A stretch of 64,000 bases of DNA from Antedon mediterranea (lineage: Eukaryota; Animalia; Echinodermata), in contig NC_092678.1 in NCBI RefSeq assembly GCF_964355755.1, positions 3,550,422 through 3,614,421 on the forward strand, given 5' to 3'. How positions within the stretch are numbered: the first letter of the stretch is position 1; each line of letters starts with the position of its first letter. A program made the translations under genes and the position numbers. Shown here one piece after another: positions 36,601-50,600 of this stretch. The notes beneath the pieces were generated by a model, which was not told where the DNA came from, ran no database searches, and worked only from the letters and a program-made list of their open reading frames with translations.

Positions 36601-39600
36601 ACTTCCACTAACACTTCTTTGCGATCTGGAATAATATAGATTAAAGAAGTAAAATGATATTCAGTTGTATTTGATTGAAAGGAAAATGCCGTTTTTAACT
36701 AAACTAAAAAACAGTAATTTAAAAAAAAAATGCATACCCACTTCGCCGTCGTCTTCGTCTGCGCCGCCTATTACCATTTCTTGATTGTTCTGAACCACTC
36801 GAATTATCACTGTAACTCCGGCGTCGTCGACGTCTATTCCTACGTTTGTTTCCTCCACTACTATCATTATCATCATCACTGTAATCACTAGATTGGCTTC
36901 TTCGTCGTCTGTGACCGTGCTTACCATGACGTCGATGACGTCGGTGTTTGTTGACCTCTCCGTCTTCATTGTCGCTTTCACTGTAACTGCTAGAGTGTGA
37001 CCGACGCCGCCTTCGTCGGGTTTTTCCATCTAAAAAATAAATAAAATTCAAATACTATTCACACATAAGCCTACATCGAAAACACCATAAAAACATTGTT
37101 AGTAAATTAACACTGTAAGCAGTGAATGCAGCAAAAAAAATGTATTAGCTTACCATCTCTACTCTTACGACGCCGTCTACGAGTCTTTTTGACGTGTGTT
37201 GTTCCTCCGGCACTGACGTATGACTCTTCTGAAAATGAGGAACTTCGATCACGACGACGGTGTCGCCGACGACGACGGCGTCTACTTCCGCCTCCAACGC
37301 TTCCAACACCGCTTTCATTGTCACTATCGTCTCCTCCTTTCCCATCCCTGAAGTTTAGAAAAATCGATTTTTTTAATAGTTTGTTTGTATATTTATTGAT
37401 TTTTAGTTGTAGTGATAACATGAAATTAGAACGAGAAACCATCATTTTGAAAAGTCAGACATCATGTGTTATTAAAAAGTCCTAAATTAACGCACAATAT
37501 AATCATATATCAGGCTACTATATCGTCACACAAACTCTGGTTCCTTTCATCGTGAAATGTAATTACCTTCTTCTGTGTCTACGTCGTCTGCCTCCTTTCC
37601 CGCCGACAACTTGACCTTGCCTGACACTCTCTAAACTCTCTTGGTATGCACTGTCGTTTCGAATTTTATGAACTGTTGAAAAATAATTAATTAACTGTAA
37701 AAATTCAAGTTTCATTTGCCATTTGGCATCAAATGCGAATGTTGTTTCAATATCGAGGCTTGTCTCTATAGTTTATTTCATTCCCTACGGACTAGCAATT
37801 GAATGTGGCTACTTTAAAAAGTTGTGCTATTCTATAACCAATACAAATAATACTCTGTACCTTCGACATATGCACCATCTTCGTTCACAACATATTTCTT
37901 CTTTGAGCTAACAAAATCTTCAAGTTTCTGGTCAGCGCTGAGACCTAGTATTCGCCTGGCTGCTACGTCATCTGTCTTCATTTCTTGGTACTCGTTCTCT
38001 GTTACGTACACGTACTGTTTGATTAATTTCCCGCTCTTTGTTCGTACGTACGTCTTCACTTTCCTTTTTTCTACAAGTATAAGAATTTTAATTATCAGTT
38101 CGTTTAAGATCATTTTTAAAGTAATGATTAACTAGTTGATCAGTAAACTGTAACAATAATATTGACCGTAGTAACACGTTAATATTAGTATTATTTCAGT
38201 GTAAATAGACCTTTCAATATTTTTAATCTATATTTATATATATATATAATTTGAGATAAGCTTGGTTCCCACTAGCGACGCAACACAAGGACGTAACGCA
38301 ACGCAAGCGTTTTAACCAATGACAAGCGAAGTTATAGACAGGTAGCAATCACAAGCGAATAAGCCATCGCTTGTGATTGGTCAATTCACTTGCATTGCGT
38401 TACGTCCTTGCGTTGCGTCGCTAGTGGGAACCACGCTTAAGGGAAAAGGGGTTTGCTATTGTAAAACTCGTTGGTGAACTGATGACAAAAAATGCCAAAA
38501 TGTGTGTAATACGTGTAGTTCCATTTTAAAGCGTTTTATAATACTGGCAGTGGCCCAATTTTATTTCGTATGAAATGTAATCTTACGTTGTGTTGCTCGA
38601 AGGAACGTCTTGTGTTCTTCTTCCTCTCTTAGTTTTGCTAGCCTTTTTGCTGTCACAACCGCTTGTTGTTTCGATTTCTAAAAGCAAAAAATATATAGCC
38701 TTAAACTTCGGTTTAAAAATACAAAGGGATTTGCACTTTATAAGACTATCTCATAAGTGCTTCCGACACAGCGTGTAAATGATTGTATTGATTTAGTATC
38801 TCCTTAAATCAATATTAATGTCACATAATTAACTTGGCTTCTATTCGTGTCCAAGGCTCGTGAATTAAATGTATTCAAATATTTAAATACATTAATATTA
38901 AATGTTGAATTGTAAATCAAATACTTACATCTTCGATGACATCTAAGATTTGTTTAATATACGAAAAACTGTGTCTGAATCCACCTCCAACACGCACAAA
39001 TTTATGCTAGAAGAAAAAACAAAACAATACGTTTAGTTTACAAATTTGGACTAAACATACCACGTGTTACCGTTGCAATAAGTAATATTAAATATAAAAT
39101 AAAATGGTACGATGTGCTCTTCCCAAAACAAGTTAAGCCTAGATATTGTTGTAATCCAGGCCGGTTAATATCGATTAAAATAACAATTTACGGAGGACAT
39201 ACAAATTAGGCTAGTCAGTAGACCTAGACCTATTAAGATGAAATAAAGCGCGTGGCTGTTGTCATAGTGTTGACCTTGCTAAAACAATTATGTACCACTC
39301 ATATCTGATTGTTATCCCAACATAATTACCAAATGTCAAAACTTAATAAAAAATTAAAAAACGACTGTATTTGTTTGATTCGAATGTAATTAGAGAAGTC
39401 CCTGGGCAGGTAACTACCAATCAGATTGCACATGCAAAACTCTCCCTGTGGGCCAAGTACTCTTTATCTTAATATCCGTAATACTTGTTTACGAGTTGAA
39501 AAACATGAATAAATCTGGGGCACTAATTCCCAAAATCGCCACTGTGTACATAACCGATGTTCGGATGAAAAAGAACAATAGAAATGATAGACAATATAAT

Positions 39601-42600
39601 TTACTTAAGCAGTAAATGTCAATACTATCTTAATGTAAGCAAATACTGTATACATCATTTTTGTTAAGACAAACTTTTTTAATGGTTAAAGCTTATTTTA
39701 CTGAGTAGATCCACATGTACACGTTTCAAGCTATGGTTTGGAGAATATTAAATGACTATTCTTTCGCGTTTGAAATTGTGTTAAAATGCTGATAATGAAC
39801 ATTGATGTAATACATTGTCTATTTATCCTTAACCATTTATAACATTTTATCTATTCACCCTTTCGCACGCTGAATGATCAGTTTTGAGTTGGCATCGGAA
39901 ACAGTCGTCTGGACCAAGGCTCTGTTGGAAAAAAAGTTTGAGTGTAAATAGAGATGGCTGTAGAACCAGGGAAGAGTTAACTCTTCCCTGGTAGAACACA
40001 ATGATTAGATCGATTCTAGCTGATATTGATTTATATTCTGTAACATTGACAATACATGTTACTCGTCGTCGTGTCTATATTACAATGTATAACCTATGGC
40101 TTTGTCGATATCGTCAAAAAAAATATACAAATGGCGTTCTCGTCTTGTTTCTTGACGCCGCCAGTCCCATCGCCGCCGTTGTTCGGATACATTCGTGTTC
40201 ACATAGCTAGTCGCAGTAGTCTGTTCATTTTCATATTGTTCATATTTATACGAATTGTGAATTACACAAACAAAATATCCTTACACTCTTTTTCTTTTCA
40301 AAACGTGGTCTGTCTCTTGGCGCTCTTGTTTCTATTGGTGGAGACGACACAAAGCTAATATAGCGTGTTACCTGTTCCCCACGAGAACTCTAAAATATCA
40401 ATAAAGAAATGAAAACAACTATAAGCAACATTATATTTCTTAGCATGATTATAAATTTAAAAAGTATTCACAGTGACTGTAAACATAAGCACAGTGAAGT
40501 TTCTTTTAAATGTATTATTGTTATTAACTTGTTGCAAAAATTCCTAAATTTATAGCGAGCTAATATATCATTAATACTATATATGCATTTTAGTTAGGCC
40601 TATGTAAACATTGTGCATTGGTGTATTTACTTTTATGTGATCGTCACTACAATAGGAGGTAATCTTTCACACTCGTGGTCCCCGAGAGGAATCATTACAG
40701 GTCAAGGAAAATGACCCCCACGTTTTGTCATGACGACCAAATAATGTCAACAGGTAGATGTTAACATGAATGTGTCACATGTGTTAACATTAATATAACA
40801 CACTCGAACATGTAAACAATACATTATGATAGATTGAGAACAGGTGAAACGATACCACCATAAATATATATAACTTCCTCTGTGTCGTCTAACCATTAGG
40901 CCCTTACATCTTTGTTATTATCAGTAAATTTTATAATGATGATAATATTTATTTGTACACTCCATTTACACCGTGGCACTCAACACCTTACAATGTACTA
41001 AAAACTATGAGGATATAAGAACTAAACAGATATGTGGGACATCCTCGAAAGGACAAATGTAGATATACAGGGTCTTGGGATTTTTGCGATGAAATAATGT
41101 TAATCTCTTTTATTCAATTTTTATTCAAGCGTTTTTATTGTAGGAGCCTGTTTCTAAAAAAAAAAAAAAGTGCCGTTTTCGGTGAAAACGGTTTATAAAA
41201 ATAAAAAAATTGCTCCATGGAAACCGTTTTAAAAACTGATGTTTAATGATCGAGACTGGAATCAATCGTGTTTTTTAAACCGTATCTAAAAATTGGTTCT
41301 TTTTTATAAGGACCCGTTTCTGCTGACAAGAGTCTTTCAAAATACGGTATTTTAAATCCATAATCAGGCCTGGGAATAACTTGTAGCGTTGCCAATTGTT
41401 ACGTTGTAGACAAACAAAGGCGACACGACTTTCTATTTGCAGGTTGACCTTTAATGTTTGGTTAACAAAAGGTTAAGTTTTAATCTAATTAGCACAGTTT
41501 TTAATTGCATGCTTAGTGTACAATGTTGCAAGACGCTACTTCGTTGTAAATATTGTAGGCTAAGCCTTCAGTAATTGTATTTTGTAGCTTCGGTAGGCCT
41601 CATCTTAATAACATTTCGTAGTTTGGAGTTTTAAGATTTTTAGTTTTCCGGGAATTTTTTTCCAAAATCCTAATATTCACAAATGAAAAATGAAAGGTTT
41701 TCGAACTTTGTACTCACCGTTACAGAGGGATGGATTGCTGGAAGTCGTTCTACGTCATCAAGTGACGTTCGACAAATCATCTCGGCTATATCAAGTCTTG
41801 AAACTCCGATGTTCATTACATCTGGAAGATTAAATACTCAAATTATTATATCGCTTTGAACTATAAATGAACTCACATTAGGAATTTTGTGAAATCGCGG
41901 TAAAATTTAGATAGAATTAAAAATAGAGTCGATTCTATTTTGATATAAATTCAAAGTAAACATTTTTTTTTGTTTTCTTTCCATACTGGCGTTTCCAATT
42001 ATAGAACACTTATTAATCTTAACTGTCCGGTCAATAATTGTGGTTCAAACATAAGTTACAAAACCAATGAAAGCACTAATGAATATTCGAAATAGTCGTT
42101 AATAACAACATTTTATATTTACTTTAATAGTGCTTTAATTAATTTGATTAAACAGCAGTTTAAATAAATAAAGACATCTGGTTCATTTCCTATCGCAACC
42201 ACAGTTTATTTATTTATTGTTGGTCAAAGAGAGTTGTAGAATCGTAAGGTAACGGATTCTCCTCCTGTGTGATAGCATTGTTGCTGAACTATGACAAATA
42301 TATTCTTGCTGTTTTAGTAAGAAATTGATTGTAATAGAGATTTAAAAAATTGCTCGGAGAGCCATGCATCCAAGAAAGTATTCACACATGGCAGTCTTAT
42401 AGAATTTTTTCTTTAAAATGTTAAATTAACATTATTTTTTAATAGTTTTACGTACCGAATACATCGGGTAATTCCGGTGCGCATTCTAACATTTCTGGTT
42501 GAAGTAGCATCGCCGAGGAATTTGAAATACTTCCTCCTCCCATTCCATTAGTTCCCCCTCCTATTCCATTACTTCCACTTCCCATTCCATTACTTCCTCC

Positions 42601-42669
42601 TCCTAGTCCTTTACTTCCTCCTCCTATTCCATTCTTGTTGCCAAGAGGTGGAAACATCTGATCACCCAT
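30606..42669 (-). CDS. Large uncharacterised protein: Gly-rich N-terminus, VRTKSGK motif, long Arg/Ser/Asp low-complexity and Lys/Glu coiled-coil region, C-terminal EF-hand-like domain
   Basis: More than 20 GT-AG exons. 5' exons: 42669-42456, 41821-41718, 40389-40372, 39921-39859, 39006-38929. C-terminal exons give FVVEDDDFNCVINLNELKGAI, ITFKMFSVMAAL and ISFIDYMAYIPLFLSMHENIIDNPL. Stop TAA at 30606-30608. Internal boundaries were not all verified. Confidence 0.8.
38259..38437. mobile_element. MITE, PIF/Harbinger-like, copy 2 (intronic)
   Basis: Same TIRs and internal sequence as 9097-9275. Confidence 0.85.
39960..39997. mobile_element. Perfect 24-bp CAGGG...CCCTG palindrome with a 7-bp direct repeat (P-element-like footprint)
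   Basis: GTAGAAC-CAGGGAAGAGTTAACTCTTCCCTG-GTAGAAC. Confidence 0.6.
41143..41370. mobile_element. Internally deleted, decayed relative of the 50475-51304 element
   Basis: Shares GCCTGTTTCTA, AAATTGCTCC, GATCGAGAC, GACCC.TTTCTGCTG and the CAGGCC end. Confidence 0.65.
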
Positions 42670-43469
42670 AGTTTCCAAATTAAATAAAAATCCCCCTAAA
42701 GATATATCATTTCGAATTTAATTTACAGCCGACGAAAGCATCGTAAAAATCGATGTTTAAATCTTTCCGAGCATTGTCAGGCGTAATAATGATATGATAA
42801 AACTTCTGACATTCTCAGACCTAGTGCGTGTATCTACTGTCTATGAATGCGTGAGTTTGTTTCCTTAGGCCTATTTCAAATCCCTACAGTATCGGCTATT
42901 TTGCGTGACAATTGGCTGGCTCCTTGTTTGATTAACTTGTTGTTTTGTTGTCAATGCGGATGATTTAAACTACGCTGCTAATCTTCTGTCTTTTGTTGTT
43001 AGTGATTACTGACCTTCGTGTATCTTTTCATCTGGTAAATGATGGCGCTTTTTAAAATAATGTTTGTCTACTTTTGCAAACTTCGCAAGACAATAGACAT
43101 AGTGCATTCTCGACGTCTAGATTTGTCTATCTATGAATTTCCTATTAATTATATTCATATATATTTTTGTCATTTTGTTTTGTAATTGTTATAAGGAATC
43201 GTCATAACTTCTATTGCGTATTAAAAATGTTCAAATAAAGTTTACAGTCAAAGCCCATAAATATAAAATGGACCTATGTATAGGTCCATGGATACAGTAT
43301 ACAGTACTTTACAAAATAGATCTACTATACAAAATCTTAGACTGTAGAGGGGGGGAATTTTATTTTATTTTTTAATACTGAGAATTAGCATTACAGTACT
43401 CTGTACTGTAATTCTTTGTGTAAATCATTAATTATTTTTCTAAAATAAATGATACAAATTAAATATTCG

Positions 43470-43518
43470 TTTTCCGTGCCCATCACTGGGCACGGAAAAA
43501 CACATTGCTTCGGCTAGT
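43470..43518 (+). mobile_element. Helitron-like 3' end (perfect hairpin followed by CTAG|T)
   Basis: TTTTCCGTGCCCA-TCAC-TGGGCACGGAAAA, then CTAGT about 14 nt downstream. The 5' end was not identified. Confidence 0.5.
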
Positions 43519-44671
43519 GTATTGATTGATTGAGTCACTCGTAAAATGTACTACAGAACTAAAAGTAATATCCGAGGTATGAATTGATGACTAGGAAATT
43601 ATTTCTAATTTGCTGATAATTTTTGTTGCAGGAGATAAAAAACATGGAGTTATTACCTACACATGCCTAACTTGTTTACAAGAAGTCCATCTACTTGATG
43701 GTCAGCTGATGAATTAATGCACCTACTTTTCCGCTAATTAATTAATTACTTATTAGGGCCACTGATAAAATACAATCAACGCCGCTGGCCATACAATCTC
43801 CGTTACTTTTGATTCCAACCTCACAAACAACTTTCAGTAATTCTAAACATATGTCAATTGTAAATTCAAATGATTGAGATGTTTACTTGCAGGCACCGGT
43901 AGCAGTAAACTTTTTTAATTTAATCAGAGAGACGTTTCATTTGTCATAAATGATTAATACTAAGTTTAAACGGTTTAAATACAAAGAACACTCGGGCAAT
44001 AACCGAAACTTTAATCAGTTTAATACATCAGACTGAATTGAAAATGATAAAATAACTGACTTGCCCCTGTGAATAAATTAGTTATTTTCTTGACATCACG
44101 AAGGGAATTGTTATATCTTATTCTGGGACTACGTACATCATTAAACCATACAGATTACCGATAAACATTGAAACGGCTTACTAATGTATCATACTTTTAG
44201 GCTACACTAAAGTATTTATTTTAAATGATAACGTAAAAATAAGAATACTTAGGCCTAGGTCAGCTAACCTAAAAGGGTAGGCCTACATTTCATCCCATTA
44301 TCACTGTATATAAATGTTGTTAATTTGAAGGGACTGTACAATTTGCTAAATAAATATATAAATTAAATTAGCCAATAAACGATTATTATCGTAAATGAAA
44401 TTATCCACGTGTTTTTAGCAGTAAACATTAATTTATAATAATATTTATTTTAAAACTATTTCACGTCATATCCGGCTTCTGCTATCGTTGCACCGGAAGT
44501 ATATTTTACTGTACACGGTTCATTGCACAAATAATGAATATTCAACAATGTATGCAACGTAAGCCAATAAAGTGTTACATTATTGGTCGGATATCGATGC
44601 AGCGCGCGGGGACTGTGGTTTTGGAGAAGAGAAAGCACATGTTTTGGAACTAGCCACGAGTATAGTAAACA

Positions 44672-47600
44672 ATGTCGGGGTCTGTTGAAAACACGGGATC
44701 TCAGTCTTCAGTAAGGATCAAGCCAGAATTAGGACTTTTCAGTGGAATATGTGTGAATGTTGGAGTCATTATTGGATCTGGTATTTTCCTTTCACCAAAG
44801 GGAATTCTGGATAGTATTGGTTCGGTTGGTATGTCGCTGATCATATGGGTGCTGTGTGGTCTCTTTTCCACGATGGGAGCCCTGTGTTTTGCAGAGCTGG
44901 GCCTAGCAATCCCACGATACGGTGGAACATATGTTTATATTCGCGAAGCGTTTGGAGACGTTTTAGCTTTTCTTTTTCAGTGGACAATGATCGTAATTAA
45001 TATACCTACTTCTATAGCTATTATTGCGCTAACTTTCGCAGAATACGTTTTGGAACCTTTCTTTTTAAATGTGTGTCCAATACCATCAGTTTGTATTCGA
45101 TTGTTAGCCCTCGTCGGTGTCAGTAAGTTTTTTTTTTCTTTTGTTATGTTTTGATTGGTGAAACTCCACTTTATTAAAAGCTAACATTTACTTTGTTTGT
45201 CTAGGAATACCAATATCCAAAATTCCATATGGAAAACACATTGACTGTCCTGGAGGAAAAAGGGAAAAGCATGATTAAATCTTAGACTATAATTGCTTCC
45301 TCCTGACGTGTGCATATGAACATGTACATTCAAGTTAAGATTATCAATAAACGACAGCCGAGGCAATCAAAACAAATATTAATCAATAAAATTGTTTATT
45401 TAGGGCATGTTTGTTTGATATGTCTGTATATGTGTAATAAAATTCTGATTAGAAGAGAGACAGGTCTATACAATAATTTAATTTTACAATAATTTGTTTC
45501 CTGTGTTTAAAGTTTTTAAACTATAAACCTCTTATTGTGCATAAAAGCATATACAGTAAAAGAACTTTACAGTAAAGAATAATTGAATTGAGTAATTGAA
45601 GAATAAATCACATTTAAATTACAAATAATAAGCCAGACGTCACGTGTGATGATCTACAGTACATGTTTTGGGAAGTCGTCCATATAATTATAATGAATAA
45701 ATATATTATAATAAATAATTATTTTCACATTGTATGATATTATTGAATTTTTATATTGATACAGTATGTTATTTTGTTTGTTTGAGAAATGAATAAAATA
45801 TTTTACTTTGTTCAGAAATACTAGAGTAAGCATCTGTTTAAAAATTGACCAAACACAGGTTGTTTGAGAATGTCCAGACAAATTGTCTGACCTTCATCAG
45901 AGAGATACTGATCAAACAAGATTGTATTATATTGATTATATACATGAAATACTGTATGGTATTTCCCCATAAAAATAAAACACTTCTACGCTTACAGTTA
46001 GTATATTAATGTTTTTGCCAGTATACTTAAAAAAAAAAAATTATGTTTTTATACTAATTTTTTTTTACTATTTTCTTATTCAATACATTTTCTGAAAAAT
46101 ATATTTAAAATTATTAATATTTAATTAATAATGTAAATATAAATAATTGTACTATTTGTATTATAATATAAACTTTTATTTTCTTAGTGTCAATGACCTA
46201 CGTAAACTGTGTGAGTGTTCGTTCCGCAACTCGAATACAAGATTCTTTGACAGTAGCTAAAGTTCTTGCGCTCATTATAATCATCATAACAGGTTTTGTA
46301 GGCCTATTCAAACGTAAGTTACAGTAACATATTATTTTAAAGTCTTTGTAATGTAAGCAAGAAATAGAACATCCAGACTTTATTATAATAATAATGATAA
46401 TAATAAACCCACTTGTCATGATTTTTTCTCATGGGAAAAAAAAACTTAACTCAACTCTGAATATCTAACTTGTCACCATAAAAACTACTGTCAGTGTGCA
46501 GTATATATCTCTGTATACTATAAAATTGCACGTATGATCGATTAAAAAAGTTATTTAATTGATGAAAAAAACAGTACTGCAGACATTAATTCCCATAAAT
46601 AATTGCAACAAACACCTTTACTGAATATCTAATTTGCCATGCCATAATTTCCATTGATGCCCGTGGGTATATTTGGTCAAATTTTAGACTTAGTTCTGTT
46701 TCCTTTTCATTGTGCCATATTGCCACTCAGGTTTAAGGACGAACTGTAGTTTTGAATTTTGGTTTCCAACCATGCAGACATTTTTAATACTTTACAGAAT
46801 ACAGTACTGTAGTTTTAAATGATGCGTCACAAATTTGACCTAAAACTCAAGTTTATAATAATCCATTCCATTAGTTAAGCTGGCGGATCCATTATGATAA
46901 TTTTTATGGTTTAAATATTTTAAACATAGTTTGTTAAAAACAAGAATTTTTTATATAATAATTCTAAAACTTTTAGGTTCAATTGAGTTATATATTACAA
47001 TTTAGTATTGAAACTAGATGGAATATAGATTATGATATTTTTTGTTTCCAATCAACCAAATATTTTTAATTATTAATTTACGGTTAATTTCAGTTACAAT
47101 ATGGTTTGAAAATAAAGAATTTTTATATAATAATTCTAAAACTTTTAAGTTCAAGTGAGTTATTTATTACCATTTAGTATTGAAACTGGATGGAATATAG
47201 ATTATGATAATTTTTGTTTCCAATCAACCAAATATTTTTAATTATTAATTTACGGTTAATTTCAGTTACAATATAGTTTGAAATGGTGCATGAAGAAAAT
47301 CTATAAAATGAATTCCATCAGTTAAAGGTTGAAAGAACTAAGAATGATTTGTTTTACTGGAGGGAATTAATCAGAACAATTGGTTTTAAAATATATTGAT
47401 AATGTACTATTGCAAAGGTTTATAAATTTGGTCTCAGCTGGGTCCTACAGTAATTCATTTCTGTCAAGATTATGATAATCATTCTTAAGAATTATTAAAC
47501 ATTTTAATAAATTCTGATAGATTTATTAAGAAATATTGTCATGGAGAAAGTGCTTTAAACTGATGACCCTTCCAGGAAGATTTTGAAATTATTTGATGTA

Positions 47601-50600
47601 TGATTGAACTTCTTTTGGGAATTAGAATTGAGTAATAATGATATTACTGTATCTTATGCACTTCACCATCAGATTATTAACAAGATATTTTTGTAAAATC
47701 TGTTAAATGCATCACATTATAAGTTTAAAAGGACCATTAAGCCCCTTTCTCACAGAGCTGAGTGCCAGGAATATTGCGGGAATATACCATTACCATGCCG
47801 GTATGGTTTTCTGTGAGAACGGGTCGTCTTGGCATCATGCCGGCACCATGCCGGCATCGACATGACCTGCTTTAGACCTAGTAATATTCTAGGGATATTC
47901 CCCGCAATGCCAGACGGGCATTCTGTGAGAACGTAACGCCGTTATATTCCGGGGTTCCCTGTCGAGGCTTCAGACACCTTGCGCGGTCAAGTGTATCACT
48001 TTGGCGCCGATTCAATTCAATTGACAATAATAATGTCGAACTGGAGGGATAATGAGATAAGAGAGCTGCTTAAAATAAGGGGACAAGAAGAAATTTGTAG
48101 CATAATCTAGACTATAGCAGGCCTAGTAGGCCATATAGGCCTACCTGGTCCTAGCTCTTTTTGTTGGTGCCTAACTAGCCTGACCCTTCGTCGCCTTGTA
48201 AATTGTACAGCCTTCTAAGGTGTTTTACAGATTGCCGATGACGGCTAATTAATTGCTGTACCTGTATAATATATGCACAATATACTGTACATAGCATGTA
48301 TTGCATAAATATGCTATAAAGGAAGATAATAATCTAGTGTAACTTAACATTCGCCGCCATATTATATCCCTAGACAAAAATAATAACAATAAAGGACGCC
48401 CTCAATAATTATTTTGTCAGAGACTTTTTATTGGCCGAATATGCCCGACTCCTTTCTCACAGAAAGCCGGTATATACCGGTTATATTTCCGGCACGATAG
48501 TCCGATGAGAATGGGTATATGCCGGTAACGATACCGGCACGACGCCAGCACTGTACCGGTATATTGCAGACACATCTGTGAGAAAGGGGCTTTATTGAAT
48601 TATGTACACACAGGCAAATTTTGTTTTGTTGCAGCAGGGAAGGTTTACTGTACTGGTTAATATATATTATAATAATTCCTGTAGGTCTATTTCTAAAGTC
48701 TTATCATAAACCCCCTGCCACATTGAAACTACATGGCTTATTCCATATTTTGTTAAACCAAATAGTATCAAGCCTCAAATATGTAATAAAAACAGTTAAC
48801 ATAAATACAATTTTTTTGTTGGCTGGCATATAACCTATATCTTTAGTTTACGAAATTGCATACAGAAAGTATGAACATTTATCTTTGTCGTGATGTGGTT
48901 TCCCGATTAATCGTACGATCAAAACAGTACTGGGTATGATCAACTAGCGTTCGTGTTCCCACCGAATCATCCATTCATAGAAGTACTGATGAAGATATCA
49001 ATCTGTGGCGACAATAGAATGGACCCGAGACCTGGCTATCTTCGACTTTTAAATAATAGAAAGTTTAGAAAAATGTTTTTGTTAAACTAGAAATGTACGT
49101 TGTATGTATATGTGTTTTTTATAATATTTCTGAAAGTTCCTTGAACTGTAGATTGTCAATTCTAATATGAAAGGTTTTATTCCCAAACTTATTGTTTTAT
49201 ACACTACAGTAACTACTGTAGTAAAGATGATTAATTACAATATTTGAAACCCTTTTAAAACATTTCTTGACGTTAGTACATTTTATTTAGTCGGTAGAGA
49301 TTCAATGCCTTTTCAACAAAGGCTGATATTTTGTGAAATTAAAAGTTTTTTTATTCAAACCCTAAAATGATTTACAATACACTGTATTCAATCTTTGAAA
49401 GTCTATGATATTAAGGTGAAACTGTCTAGCAATTTATTGATTTAATGTACGCCAGCTTGAAGATTTACAATTAATGTGAATCTACCAACTTTTAACAAGT
49501 TTAAACTCAACAAGTCAAAGTATAGTTTGACAACATTTTTGGTTGTTTAATGTTACATTGCTACAGTACATTAAAAGTATGTTGTCCTAATTTATAACTA
49601 ATCACCTTTTGAAGGCCAAGTTCAAACAGCATGAACCTATTGCGATTTGTATAAAATTACTTATTTAGTGTTCAATTTCAGAGCAATGTGTTCAGCAGAA
49701 TTCAATTTATCATAATTTTTCAAGAATGTTTGTGATTAAACTATTGATGACACACTGAATCTTCAAAATATAAATTTTGTATTCCTTGTTGACCTTAATG
49801 TAGTGTTAATATATTGATATGTAAGTGTGACATAGTGTGTTTAGCCAAATTTCTAAATCATTAACGGTATGATACATGTTAGTACTATACACGAGAAATT
49901 AATTCAAACTCCATAATTATGACAATGCGTGTGGACATAAAGTTAGTTTTTCTTAATGTTGCATTTTTGCCCCTTTAAATTTTATTTCAATTTCAAGTAT
50001 TTCAGTAAATGAAATATAATTAATATAAAACAAAAGATGATGTATACTGTATAAAAGGTAAATGTAAGTTGATAGGCTTTGAATTTGAACCGCCCTAATA
50101 AAAAAAACATATAAAACAGAAACCTTGATTTTTAAACAAAGTTTAATTAATATAAACAAATACAAAATTGAAAAGAAATAATGAAAATTTCTTAACATCA
50201 TCTTTTCCAATACCAATTATGGTACAAGTACGTAACTTCCCAATGTTTATTAATTGAATTTTAATTATTTTGTTTTTCAGATGGTGGAGTGGGATCATTT
50301 GATAATTCTTTTACCAACATCCAGTGGACAGGTTTAGGAGCAGCATTCTACTCTGGACTCTGGTCTTACTCAGGATGGTTAGTCATCCCAGTCATGGGTT
50401 CAAATCTGAATCATGTCAGATGTCATGTCAAAAACTCCATTCCAAAAGACTTCTTATAAAACTTAGTTCATTAAGGGCCTGTTTCTATTGAAAAATAAAA
50501 AAAGAACGGTTTTTTGGAAACCGGTTTCGGCTGTTGTTTATAAATAAAGATCGCGTTGCAGCTCAATTTTTACTCCAATAAAACCGGTTCCGTCCATGTG

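Noticed and set aside
40056-40358. Longer alternative exons around the microexon
   Set aside because: The reading frames I tried hit stops in downstream exons, while the 18-nt phase 0-0 model stays open.
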